The notes below the pieces were generated by a model. The model saw nothing but the letters and a program-made list of their open reading frames with translations. It searched no databases and had not been told where the DNA came from. 64,000 nt of DNA from Candidatus Harrisonbacteria bacterium (GTDB lineage Bacteria; Patescibacteriota; Minisyncoccia; UBA6257; 02-FULL-45-10c), in assembly GCA_016214655.1 (NCBI GenBank), contig JACROC010000005.1:131078-195077 (forward strand). The letters are read 5' to 3'. The position numbers were made by a program, and so were the translations under genes. Position 1 is the first letter of the stretch; every line of letters begins with the position of its first letter. Of the stretch, positions 9,003 to 18,264 are shown in pieces.

Positions 9003-10571
9003 TTATTCAGCCGAAACAGCAACCGTCTGTCCGTCTGTAAGTCCCTTGATTACCTCAACCAATTCTCCGTCAGATATTCCGGTTTCTATTTCGCTATCCA
9101 GTAAAACGCTTCCGGTACCCGCAGCTTTCTGTCCCGACGGCAACACTTTGACGAATTTTTTTCCTCCTTTTTCATAAACCGTCAAAGCTGGAATTTTAAT
9201 AACATCATTTTTAAAAGAAGTCATTATTTTAAGATCCGCACTCATGCCATTACGAACCGCTTCATCCGACTTCTCTAAATAAATAATAATCCGGTAATAT
9301 TTATCGCCTTCCTTGATAATTTCTTTCGGTTCAATAGAAAATACCTTGCCCTTAAAATCCTGCCCGGGAAACGCGTCAAACTGAACCGCAACATTATTGC
9401 CGTTAACTTCCCGGATTTTATATATATCCAACTCGGAAACATCGGCTTGAATTTTTTGACCCAAGGCATTCAAGGAAACTGCCGGCTGGCCCGGACGGAA
9501 AATTTCCCCCTCTTCCAGCCAGATCTTATTCAACATCCCCTGGGCCGGAGCAGATAATATTGATTTCCGCACTTTATCTCTTACTGAAGCAATCTGACTT
9601 TCTGCTTCTTTAATTCCAGCCTGAGCCGCGTCAAGATCTTCTTTTCGCGTACCAGATTTCTTAAAAATCAATTCATTCTCAGCGACCGATAAACTAGATT
9701 CGGCGCTCCGTAATTTTTCCTGCGCCGAAGAAAAATTGGTCAAAGCCGTATTGATATTGGCCCGAGCCGTAGATACATCTGATCGCCAGGAATCAATTGC
9801 AGTTTGGGTAAGATTAGCTCCGGGAGTAAGAGTGTTAATCGCGATTGCCGTAATATCCAAAAATTGTTTAGTTTGATTTAAATTCTTATTAGCCGTAAAA
9901 GCATAGTCACTTAAATTACTGCTTTTGTTAAGCAGAGACAGCGAAATATTCCAAGCAACCAGCATTGATTCAATTGCTACCCGCCCAGATTCCAAACTGG
10001 TTTTAAGCTGGCCATCCGATAATGAAAGGTTAACTTGCGGGTTAGAACTTCGCGGATTACTGAACCACTGATCGGTTTTACTTTTAATGGCATCGTCGGA
10101 TTTTGTATAAGCATCCTGAATTTTATCAATCAATCCCTGTTTGGCATCTTCTAATGCGATTTTAGCGCTGGAAACCTTTGCTTCCGAGATGTTTATCTCT
10201 TCCTGAGTTGCGCCCGATAAAAGCTTATTTAAATTCGCTTTTCTTTGATCCAAAACAGCTGATAATTTTTGTATTTCTATCTCCAAGTCGGTGGTTTCCA
10301 ATTTTACCAGCGGGGCACCCTTAGAAACGCTTTGTCCTTCCTTAACATAAATCTTTTCAATAATCCCGGAAAAGGGAAGCTCTAAGTTAAATTCTTTTTG
10401 TGACACGACTTCCCCCCTTACTCTCACCACTTCCTGAATACTTCCGCGTTCAACCGGGAATAACAAAAACGCCGGTTTTTCCTGCCGGAAATATTTCTGG
10501 TATACCCAAAAAGAGACAGTAGCCAACCCCGCAACTACAATTAAAATCAAATAATAAGATAGTTTTTTCAT
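9003..10571 (-). CDS. HlyD/MacA-family periplasmic adaptor with a long coiled-coil hairpin.
   Basis: N-terminal TM anchor, biotinyl-lipoyl-like and beta-barrel regions, and about 240 aa of coiled-coil. Confidence 0.75.
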   Translation of the reverse strand: MKKLSYYLILIVVAGLATVSFWVYQKYFRQEKPAFLLFPVERGSIQEVVRVRGEVVSQKEFNLELPFSGIIEKIYVKEGQSVSKGAPLVKLETTDLEIEIQKLSAVLDQRKANLNKLLSGATQEEINISEAKVSSAKIALEDAKQGLIDKIQDAYTKSDDAIKSKTDQWFSNPRSSNPQVNLSLSDGQLKTSLESGRVAIESMLVAWNISLSLLNKSSNLSDYAFTANKNLNQTKQFLDITAIAINTLTPGANLTQTAIDSWRSDVSTARANINTALTNFSSAQEKLRSAESSLSVAENELIFKKSGTRKEDLDAAQAGIKEAESQIASVRDKVRKSILSAPAQGMLNKIWLEEGEIFRPGQPAVSLNALGQKIQADVSELDIYKIREVNGNNVAVQFDAFPGQDFKGKVFSIEPKEIIKEGDKYYRIIIYLEKSDEAVRNGMSADLKIMTSFKNDVIKIPALTVYEKGGKKFVKVLPSGQKAAGTGSVLLDSEIETGISDGELVEVIKGLTDGQTVAVSAE

Positions 10572-11275
10572 GTTACTTTAATTCTATACCATTTTAGATG
10601 TTCATACACACTCGGCCAATAAAAGCCAAAGCTTAACGCGAAAATTAATTCTTCTATTGGCACGCCGAAGATTAAAATGCCAGAAATAGCGGACAAATTC
10701 CAAACTTGCTCAACATAACCAGGATAAAGAATGGTCAAGGTTAAAAAATATATGAAATATAAACCAATAAAAATAATAGCGCTGACAAACATCTTATTTT
10801 TAAGATCGGGGCGGCAATACCGGGTAAAAAGACCGGCCCCAACTAATGCCACAGACGCGGAATAAATATGATTCCAATCAGTGAAAATTAAAAGCAAGAC
10901 AAAAATTATCGGCCCAGAAACTAATGCCCAAAAATGATATCGGTGACGGGAATGCCGGCGCTCCTCATCAGACATCGCTTCATGCAAGGTTGGGAAAAAA
11001 TTCTCATAGATAACTACTGCCAATCCGCCTATTCCGAAAGAAAATAAAAAACTTTCAATATCAAATCCTGTTCTCAACGCTAAATCAAATAAAGACGGCG
11101 GGCTCCAATATTCCGGAACAAAAAGCGGCTCAGTTGCGCCAAGAAGCGATGTCCACAAGCTAACCCTCAACATCTCTTTACGGCTTTCTTGATTCCGCAA
11201 AAAAAAGTAGACCGCGAGCCAGATGGCCAAAAGCATTAGACTCCATACCAGCCAAGCGTAGTGCTGATCAAACAT
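10568..11275 (-). CDS. Polytopic membrane protein. May be a lycopene-cyclase-domain-like family member (two P-x-E-E/Y containing repeats); this assignment is uncertain.
   Basis: 235 aa with about 7 TM helices, and motifs FVPEYW and GVPIEELIF. Confidence 0.3.
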   Translation of the reverse strand: MFDQHYAWLVWSLMLLAIWLAVYFFLRNQESRKEMLRVSLWTSLLGATEPLFVPEYWSPPSLFDLALRTGFDIESFLFSFGIGGLAVVIYENFFPTLHEAMSDEERRHSRHRYHFWALVSGPIIFVLLLIFTDWNHIYSASVALVGAGLFTRYCRPDLKNKMFVSAIIFIGLYFIYFLTLTILYPGYVEQVWNLSAISGILIFGVPIEELIFALSFGFYWPSVYEHLKWYRIKVT

Positions 11276-11280
11276 AATTT

Positions 11281-11541
11281 TTATAAACGGTTATATAACG
11301 AAGCAAAAAGCCAGCCGCCTAGGTAAGAATAAACTACCGCCTGAATAAGTCCAGCCACAAATCCCCCGAAGGTTACAGCTACATCACCGGCAAACTTATC
11401 TACATTTACCAGATGAACTAACCAACCGAACGATTGCAAAGAAAACTCTGGCCATAAATACACAAATGCGGCGCAAATTAAATAGACAATACCCATTCCT
11501 AATGCAGCGGCTTTCGCAAATTTTGAAACATCTAATTGCAT
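11281..11541 (-). CDS. Small membrane protein (hypothetical).
   Basis: 86 aa with three hydrophobic helices. Confidence 0.3.
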   Translation of the reverse strand: MQLDVSKFAKAAALGMGIVYLICAAFVYLWPEFSLQSFGWLVHLVNVDKFAGDVAVTFGGFVAGLIQAVVYSYLGGWLFASLYNRL

Positions 11542-11557
11542 AAATATTTTTTTAAAA

Positions 11558-12706
11558 TTAATTTAACGACCCTTTATTTAATACTTTTAAGACAAGTGAG
11601 GCGATATAATGGCCGTTAATAAAAGCATCCTCTGTGCCGGCCACATTGTGGTCATTAGCTAAAAATAGATTAGGTTCGGGATTTTCGTTTATATATTCAT
11701 TCCCATGGAAGAAAAGCGCCGGCCGCCACTCGCCCTTAGCAATGATCTCCCGTTCATCGAAATATTTGGCAATATTATCTTTGCTCCCGTAAAAATAGAG
11801 ATAGGTGCCATTTGGTTCACGAGAAATCGCCGCCTCTTCTTCTATCGGAAAAAAATTATACCAGGGAACATTGTATTCTTTTTTAATCCTTCCCCGTAGA
11901 TGGTAATAATTTACATTAATTCCGTCTTTAATTCTTTGCGGCTTTACTAATTGATTAGCAATATTCATCGGCGTGGCAAGGACTAAAATATCACCACCGT
12001 AGGCTTTGCCGGATTTGGTTTCGATTTTAAATTTTTGATTATCCAACCGCCTTACTTTTACAACTGAATCCAAAGTTATTTTATCCCGAAAAGGCGCCGT
12101 AAGCTTTCCAAAATTGAATTTAAAAGACCAGCTCGGGACAATAATTGTGTCCAAAACAGCGAGAAAGATAGCCGCAGAAACTTCCCGCGGATTAGTAAAA
12201 TACGCTGCCCATAAAAATTGCTCCAAATATTCCTTAGTTAGATCTTCCAATCCCTTTTCTTTTATATAATCCGCAGCTTTTTGATGATAGAATTTTTTAA
12301 GATAGGGGTCGGCTTCTATTAATTTTTGATAAGAAACATCCAGCGCTTGCTTGCGAATTTTTTGCACGTGGCTGCGGAATTTAAAAAGTTCCCGCAATAA
12401 TTTTATTCCAGCCGGAATATGCTTCAGCATCCGCAAAGAATAAGCATGATAATGCTCCTGGCCGCGATGAAAATGTGCCTTGGCAAAATGCATCAAATTC
12501 ACCTTTTCAATGTAAGGCAGAATATTATGGCAATCAGCGGTAACGTAATAAGCTCCATAATTCGTCTCGCCATCCGGAGAAGTCTTGATGCGCCCACCGA
12601 TATCTTCGGTAATTAATCTAAAATCGGCGCCATTCTCCTGAAAACGCTTGGCGCATCCGAGACCATTCAATCCGCCGCCAACAATTATGATCTTATAATG
12701 CTCCAT
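11558..12706 (-). CDS. FAD/NAD(P)-binding oxidoreductase (amine-oxidase or desaturase-like Rossmann protein).
   Basis: N-terminal IIIVGGGLNGLGCA dinucleotide-binding motif. Confidence 0.55.
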   Translation of the reverse strand: MEHYKIIIVGGGLNGLGCAKRFQENGADFRLITEDIGGRIKTSPDGETNYGAYYVTADCHNILPYIEKVNLMHFAKAHFHRGQEHYHAYSLRMLKHIPAGIKLLRELFKFRSHVQKIRKQALDVSYQKLIEADPYLKKFYHQKAADYIKEKGLEDLTKEYLEQFLWAAYFTNPREVSAAIFLAVLDTIIVPSWSFKFNFGKLTAPFRDKITLDSVVKVRRLDNQKFKIETKSGKAYGGDILVLATPMNIANQLVKPQRIKDGINVNYYHLRGRIKKEYNVPWYNFFPIEEEAAISREPNGTYLYFYGSKDNIAKYFDEREIIAKGEWRPALFFHGNEYINENPEPNLFLANDHNVAGTEDAFINGHYIASLVLKVLNKGSLN

Positions 12707-12716
12707 AGCTCATTTA

Positions 12717-12971
12717 TTATCTTAAGCCCTCAAACTTTTTCCGAAACTGGTCTTCGGTCGCTCCGCCCATCATAAAAAATTCATCATTAACCAAAATGCC
12801 AGGGCTTGAAAGAATGCCATGCTTCTGAACCAGCGCCTGTCCTTCCGGCGTAACCATATCTATTTCCTCAACAACTAAATTTGAATTTTCTTTTAACAAT
12901 TTTTCTAAGACTTTCTTGACTGCAATGCAATGGGTACACCCCTTTGGCCTGATCAACGTTACTTTAATCAT
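12717..12971 (-). CDS. Small thioredoxin-fold redox-active disulfide protein (glutaredoxin or thioredoxin_3-like).
   Basis: 84 aa with a CTHC active site and the GILSSPGILVNDE motif. Confidence 0.6.
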   Translation of the reverse strand: MIKVTLIRPKGCTHCIAVKKVLEKLLKENSNLVVEEIDMVTPEGQALVQKHGILSSPGILVNDEFFMMGGATEDQFRKKFEGLR

Positions 12972-12989
12972 AATTTTTTTATTAATTTA

Positions 12990-13181
12990 TTAGCCGACCT
13001 TATTCTCGGAAGAATCTTCTGTAATATATTTATTGGGATTTTTATCAAACTCTGCCGGACAGCTATCACAACAAAAATAATACTTTTTTCCTTTATATTC
13101 CCGAACCCACCCCATTTTTTCCGCAAACTCCTTGTCCGCAGGAATTTTCATAACCGGACAAATTATCTGGTCTTCCTTCAT
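12990..13181 (-). CDS. Standalone YHS/TRASH-domain metal-binding protein.
   Basis: ICPVMKIP...YYFCCDSCPAEFDKNP motif. Confidence 0.65.
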   Translation of the reverse strand: MKEDQIICPVMKIPADKEFAEKMGWVREYKGKKYYFCCDSCPAEFDKNPNKYITEDSSENKVG

Positions 13182-13199
13182 AAAAGTTATTTAAATCTA

Positions 13200-13397
13200 T
13201 TAATTTTTGATATTCATTGACCTTTTGTGACGCATCCGCCGCGAAATAATAATTGTAAAAACAATAATAAGCAATGCTGTAATCGGGCCTGCCAATTCAG
13301 CTTCGGCCAAATTAGTTATTTCCTCTTCCGCCTCGCCGAGTTCATGAGCAAACGCGGATATCGGCACTAAAAAAAGATAAGTAATAAAAAATTTCAT
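13200..13397 (-). CDS. Small secreted or membrane protein (signal peptide plus C-terminal TM).
   Basis: 65-aa ORF with hydrophobic N- and C-terminal segments. Confidence 0.3.
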   Translation of the reverse strand: MKFFITYLFLVPISAFAHELGEAEEEITNLAEAELAGPITALLIIVFTIIISRRMRHKRSMNIKN

Positions 13398-13404
13398 TTT
13401 TGTT

Positions 13405-14394
13405 TTATTGATCTAAATTATTATATTCCTTATTATAAGCCGCATCCCATAAAATAATTGCGCTAATGATGGCGGCAAAAACAATCCAGGGAATAATCCC
13501 GCCAATCCCCTCCGGCAAATTCAATGACGCTTCAATGATGGATGATTCGGCAATTTTCGGGAAAATAATTTCCAGCGCCCTATTCCAAGACTGATGAATG
13601 ATTGAGTTTTCGAACCAGGCCATTCCAAATGCGCCATAAGTGAAAATAAACGATCCTAATCCAACCAATGCCCAAGCAACCCAATGTTTAACTTTTATCT
13701 GGTAAGCACTCAGCCAATTCATGGCATTAACTCCCAAAACCGCCAAGACTACAAAAAATAATAGCGGCACCATTCTTCCTAAGCCATGCAACGCGCCCAG
13801 CGATGCGCCAATAACCGGATTTCCCAGCGTAGCGACATAACCAAAAATAATATAAAAAGCCGGGTTAGGACAACCCACTCCGGCGTTACCAAGGAAAAAC
13901 CCCAAAAAGAAACTGCGGATATAATCATTTTTATCCTGTAAAAAAACCGGGAGGATTGTTTGCTTAAAGGGTAATTTGAATTTAATCAGATCAAGTTCTG
14001 AAAGACCGAAAATCAACGCCGCCATCCCGCCGGCAATAAGCATATAACTGATGATCTTATATAACTCAATAAAACCGCCGAGCCAACCCAAGGCCATGCC
14101 ATAGATAGTAAAAGTTAACGTTAGTCCTGCTCCAAAAAGCAATGCCATTAGAATCCCCTTGCCATTTTTTTTAGAAAGCGCAAGTGGCACAATGATAAAT
14201 ATCAATGGGAAAGTGCATGGCAGAAAAATCATGGAAATGCCGGCAAGAAATGCCAGAGACAAGCCGGGAATAAACTGCGGCGAGGTCCAAAGGCTAAAAA
14301 GACCGATTAGAATAATCGAAAAAAGGATAAAGGCAGCAGCCACTAGCCATATTTTTATGCTATTCACTGGCATATTTATAATTATATACCACAT
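13405..14394 (-). CDS. CcdA/DsbD-like transmembrane thiol-disulfide electron transporter (paralog 1).
   Basis: Polytopic protein with Cys in TM segments (FLPCTFP, GVGCPNP). Sits in the thiol-redox gene neighbourhood. Confidence 0.5.
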   Translation of the reverse strand: MWYIIINMPVNSIKIWLVAAAFILFSIILIGLFSLWTSPQFIPGLSLAFLAGISMIFLPCTFPLIFIIVPLALSKKNGKGILMALLFGAGLTLTFTIYGMALGWLGGFIELYKIISYMLIAGGMAALIFGLSELDLIKFKLPFKQTILPVFLQDKNDYIRSFFLGFFLGNAGVGCPNPAFYIIFGYVATLGNPVIGASLGALHGLGRMVPLLFFVVLAVLGVNAMNWLSAYQIKVKHWVAWALVGLGSFIFTYGAFGMAWFENSIIHQSWNRALEIIFPKIAESSIIEASLNLPEGIGGIIPWIVFAAIISAIILWDAAYNKEYNNLDQ

Positions 14395-14564
14395 CCCCCG
14401 CCGCCTTTTATCGGCGTTGAAATTTCTTTTTGATCAGCCTGCCGAACCCCTTGCGTCTTGGCAGAAACTTGTTTACTGACCGAATAAATCCAGGAAGCAG
14501 AAACCAATAACGCGGCCATGACTATGCTTGCCGCTAAAAGATTATTCGCTGAATTATTCTTCAT
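14382..14564 (-). CDS. Small N-terminally anchored protein ending in GGGGCGI.
   Basis: 60 aa with a single TM. Its C-terminus matches the C-terminus of the gene immediately downstream. Confidence 0.4.
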   Translation of the reverse strand: MKNNSANNLLAASIVMAALLVSASWIYSVSKQVSAKTQGVRQADQKEISTPIKGGGGCGI

Positions 14565-14583
14565 AATTTTTAGTTATTGATTC

Positions 14584-15501
14584 CTATAACCCGCAACCAC
14601 CTCCGCCGCCACCTTGAACCGGCTGTACTTGGGAAAGAATTCTTTGAAAACCAAGTGCGCTGGAAAAATCAGCCCCCAAAACTTCCCGGGGGTTAACAAC
14701 ATCCCAAGCAACCCCTTTTTGTTTAAAGTATTGCGCAATCGTCAAATAAGTATCCGGAAACCAATAAGAATTTACCCGGAGCGCAACCTTATACATCTCG
14801 GCTTCAGAAATTCCCTGCGAAGCCATAAGCTCCAAAAGACCAAGCATGGCCATGCCGTGATTGCAATCGGGAAAATAAGTTGAATTTCCACAGCACGGGC
14901 GATAAACATTTTTTGAAACTCTTTCCACTAAAGCCTTCTGCTCCGTAGTCAGCCGTAAAAATTCATGCGCGGAATAATGGTCCATCGCATCACCGACGGC
15001 CGCTGTCCATCCTCCGGTAGAAGCAAACCTGCCGGCGCCGCCGTAACGCGGATCTGACATCGGCCCCTCCTCCAAAACTTCACTTTTATTGCCGAGCCCC
15101 AAACCCCACAGCAAATTCAAAAGAAAACCTGAATTTTCCGGGGTAATCTTCAATCTTCCATTATCGGCTCCGTAAAGCAGTTTTCTTTCTTCTTCATTTA
15201 TTCCGCCCCGCTGGGAATAAATTTCCTCAAATTTTTCTTGATCCATCACGCCGCTTTCCGCCAGCCGCCTGCCCAGATCTCCCCACACTACTGGCAACTC
15301 TACGCCGTTGGACGGCAAAACCCGCTCCTCAAATTCCGTTTGTGAACCGATTTGCTTTGTAATCGCTGCCGTCTGGCGGCTAACCGGAGCCCCCAAACCA
15401 TTAGTGTATATCCATGCAAAAGCCATAATCACTAATGATAAAATCAGGCTAAACGGTAAATAATTCTTTTGATTTTCTATATTTTGATTTTGTTCTTCCA
15501 T
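14584..15501 (-). CDS. N-terminally anchored, Cys-rich extracytoplasmic protein ending in GGGGGGCGL (hypothetical).
   Basis: Signal-anchor helix, PCCGNSTYFPDCNHG cysteine cluster, and a C-terminal Gly-run followed by CGL. Confidence 0.45.
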   Translation of the reverse strand: MEEQNQNIENQKNYLPFSLILSLVIMAFAWIYTNGLGAPVSRQTAAITKQIGSQTEFEERVLPSNGVELPVVWGDLGRRLAESGVMDQEKFEEIYSQRGGINEEERKLLYGADNGRLKITPENSGFLLNLLWGLGLGNKSEVLEEGPMSDPRYGGAGRFASTGGWTAAVGDAMDHYSAHEFLRLTTEQKALVERVSKNVYRPCCGNSTYFPDCNHGMAMLGLLELMASQGISEAEMYKVALRVNSYWFPDTYLTIAQYFKQKGVAWDVVNPREVLGADFSSALGFQRILSQVQPVQGGGGGGCGL

Positions 15502-15508
15502 AAATTTA

Positions 15509-15898
15509 TTAATTGTTTAATTTACACCTGCTCTCTTTAGCTAAATTCTCCAAGCCCTGTTCTCCGACTAATTTTTTGCCATCCGGAAAAATCCAAGTCG
15601 GGAAAGACTCAATTCCCGCAGCCAAACAACGCTTTGGATCTTTTGGACATTCAACATAAGGCACGAACCGGAAAGAGCGTCCGAATTGTTTTTTCTCGTT
15701 CTGGCAATGCGAACACCAATTCGCTCCATACATTACAATTTTTTCATCCGCTAAACATTGCGCAAATGAATCCATGATAGTATCGGTATTTCTATTATTC
15801 CATGAAATCCACCAAATGGAAAAGGCGGAAACTAAAACTATAATTGAAGCAATATAAGTTTTCTCAAGAAAATTATATTTATTCATCGCAGCAATCAA
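15509..15898 (-). CDS. Membrane-anchored thioredoxin-like thiol:disulfide oxidoreductase (DsbA/ResA-like).
   Basis: N-terminal TM helix and a WCSHC active site. Confidence 0.6.
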   Translation of the reverse strand: MIAAMNKYNFLEKTYIASIIVLVSAFSIWWISWNNRNTDTIMDSFAQCLADEKIVMYGANWCSHCQNEKKQFGRSFRFVPYVECPKDPKRCLAAGIESFPTWIFPDGKKLVGEQGLENLAKESRCKLNN

Positions 15899-16376
15899 CC
15901 AATTTATTTACGATATCCTGCAACGTCCATGGCTTCTCTTCCGCCGCGGCCTTTTTAAAACCGGAAACATCTATCAGCTTCAGCCGCAGACCCCAGAACA
16001 TTGAATAAATTTTATAGGCTTGCGAAAAGACTTCTTGCGCCTCGGTTTTTTTATTTTCCGAGTGAAGTTTAGTGCCGACTTCAATAAGTCTCATGGCAGT
16101 TGCAAGTAAATGCTTAGAAATACACCAGGTTTCTCCCTCGTGTTTATCAATCATCTTTCCTAGCAATACCTTTCTGATCGCGCGGGCATCATTTAGCAGA
16201 TCAAAATATTCCGGCTTACCAGTTTTAGCTCCCGTGAAAAAGAAATGTTCTTCCAAACTAATCAGGTTCATGACCGCAATACTCAAATCCTCTTCCGTTG
16301 ATAAATCGATTTGTCCAGATTTCTTCAATGCTTCAATTTTTTTAATCAATGCTTCCAAATTTTTTTGATTATCCAT
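15879..16376 (-). CDS. Hypothetical cytoplasmic helical protein.
   Basis: 165-aa ORF in the operon; no recognised motif. Confidence 0.3.
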   Translation of the reverse strand: MDNQKNLEALIKKIEALKKSGQIDLSTEEDLSIAVMNLISLEEHFFFTGAKTGKPEYFDLLNDARAIRKVLLGKMIDKHEGETWCISKHLLATAMRLIEVGTKLHSENKKTEAQEVFSQAYKIYSMFWGLRLKLIDVSGFKKAAAEEKPWTLQDIVNKLVDCCDE

Positions 16377-16382
16377 ATCAAT

Positions 16383-17210
16383 TTACAAAAAGAAAATTAA
16401 TAAACCCAAGACGACCATTGCTATGCCTCCCCAAAGACGCATATTATGGGTTTCTGCCTTTTTCCATTCCTGCACCTTAGCCAAAAGCAATTGATTGCTT
16501 GCAATCAGCAGAATGATAACTAATGGCAAAATGAAAATCGCGTTATATAGAAGGAGATAGCCAAGACCGCTGATAAATGTCGCTTTATCATGCAGCAAAC
16601 CAAGAATCATCAGATACGGTCCTCCAGTACAAGGAAACTCGCATAACCCGACTAAAACACCAAGTAAAAAGGCCGTTGGCGAAGACGCCTTTTCCATTAA
16701 TTCTGCCATTTTATGATGCGCCGCCTGCGGTATCCGCAATTTGACCGGAAAAGCCGGGAAAAACTCATTCATCAGATTAATCAATCCTAAAACCACCAGC
16801 AATCCCGCCCCTACTTTTGCCATAAAATGCGGGGTGTTAAAAAGATGAAGAACCTGCAAAATCCCGAGGCCGATCAAGATATAAACCAGAAAAATGCCGA
16901 ATATGTACATTCCGCCAATCTTAAGGATACCCGACCGCAGTTTACCGATACTAAGCAAAAAAGCGATCGTTAAAATTAGAATCGAAAAAGCGCAGGGATT
17001 AATACTATCTAGCAAGGAAGACACCAATACCAGAGGCAGCAGCCATTTCCCGCCATTGCTGAAACTCCACAAAAATGCCGTGCCGGCTCCGGTAAAACGG
17101 AAAAAGAAAAATAATCCGGCCAGCAAAATAACCGCCCCAACCAAAAATCCTAATTTTGATTTTGCATTATTGCCGCTTTGATTATTAAGCGGCTCATGAC
17201 AATTAGACAT
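16383..17210 (-). CDS. ccdA: Cytochrome-c-biogenesis CcdA-family (DsbD transmembrane domain) protein (paralog 2).
   Basis: NPC and FPC cysteine motifs in TM helices, and about 6 TM segments. Confidence 0.65.
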   Translation of the reverse strand: MSNCHEPLNNQSGNNAKSKLGFLVGAVILLAGLFFFFRFTGAGTAFLWSFSNGGKWLLPLVLVSSLLDSINPCAFSILILTIAFLLSIGKLRSGILKIGGMYIFGIFLVYILIGLGILQVLHLFNTPHFMAKVGAGLLVVLGLINLMNEFFPAFPVKLRIPQAAHHKMAELMEKASSPTAFLLGVLVGLCEFPCTGGPYLMILGLLHDKATFISGLGYLLLYNAIFILPLVIILLIASNQLLLAKVQEWKKAETHNMRLWGGIAMVVLGLLIFFL

Positions 17211-17231
17211 AGTTTTCGCAAAGATTAATTT

Positions 17232-17807
17232 CTACGGCCGGACCACTGCCGTAAATCCCAATTCAACTTCTCCGGAATCGGTTTCTACATAAACCGAGCG
17301 CTGGATCGGACCCACGCCAGCCGGACCATGCGCCGCCGGATCAAAAGTGGCTTCAATTCTTACTTCCTCGTCTCCGGAAATAACTTGGTTAATACGCGGC
17401 ACAACTCCATGCCCGGGCATGCCGAACGGCCCGCGAGCCTTCCCATCCTTCAGCATCAGCGTCGCCGTGGTGCACATGCAGGAAGTATAAATTTTATTGA
17501 TCGTCAGCGGATTCTCCGATCTATTTTTAAGAGTGAATACCTTGCTCACTTTGCCATCAGCCATAGAAATATCGCCAAAATCAAAATTAGACTCATCAGC
17601 AACTAATTTATTTTCCGAAACCGATGACACGGATGCCGTCTGAAGATTCTTGCTTGAAGAATCTGAAGATGCCAACCAAATAATTCCGCCAAAAACCAAG
17701 AAAGTAACGAGGGTGATTATAATGACTTCTTTGTAATGTTGCATAATAACTAAAAAATTAATTTTAAAAAAATAAAATGCCCCGTAAAAGGGGTTAGAGG
17801 ACGGCAA
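17232..17807 (-). CDS. Anchored extracytoplasmic beta-sandwich protein, DUF1573-like (SCMCT motif).
   Basis: N-terminal TM helix and a TSCMCTTA motif resembling the DUF1573 SCGCT signature. Confidence 0.4.
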   Translation of the reverse strand: MPSSNPFYGAFYFFKINFLVIMQHYKEVIIITLVTFLVFGGIIWLASSDSSSKNLQTASVSSVSENKLVADESNFDFGDISMADGKVSKVFTLKNRSENPLTINKIYTSCMCTTATLMLKDGKARGPFGMPGHGVVPRINQVISGDEEVRIEATFDPAAHGPAGVGPIQRSVYVETDSGEVELGFTAVVRP

Positions 17808-17836
17808 AACCGGAAGCTGTCGACAAACAACTCCGA

Positions 17837-18244
17837 TTAAGCGCCCGAAACTAACGCCGGACTATTCTCATGCAAAGCAATCCAACTGAGTAAAGGTTGA
17901 TTGATACTGCCCAGAACCACTGCCGCGCCCAATCTCCAAAAAGAATCTGAATGCGGCGAGACTAGAGATGCCGTAAAAGCTAAGCCAAGCAAAATAAAGG
18001 CCAATGCAGTTAGAAAAATCGAAGCCCAGCCCGCCACCGCTCTAGTAAAGGTGTGAAATGCCTGCATATGGAATCCAACCACCGCAAAAGGGTTGTTGCT
18101 TGTGCAAATCTTACCCTGAAGCATTTCGGCAACGCAGCCATGCCCATGAGCCATTGTAGAAAAACCAAAAATAGCAATAGCGGCAAGAACTACAATAAGA
18201 AGAATGGCCAGTATCGATTTCATATGATTAAAGTATACCACCAA
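17837..18244 (-). CDS. Membrane protein (hypothetical).
   Basis: 135 aa with 3-4 TM helices. Confidence 0.3.
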   Translation of the reverse strand: MVVYFNHMKSILAILLIVVLAAIAIFGFSTMAHGHGCVAEMLQGKICTSNNPFAVVGFHMQAFHTFTRAVAGWASIFLTALAFILLGLAFTASLVSPHSDSFWRLGAAVVLGSINQPLLSWIALHENSPALVSGA

Positions 18245-18264
18245 ATTAACTGTGACGCAAATTA

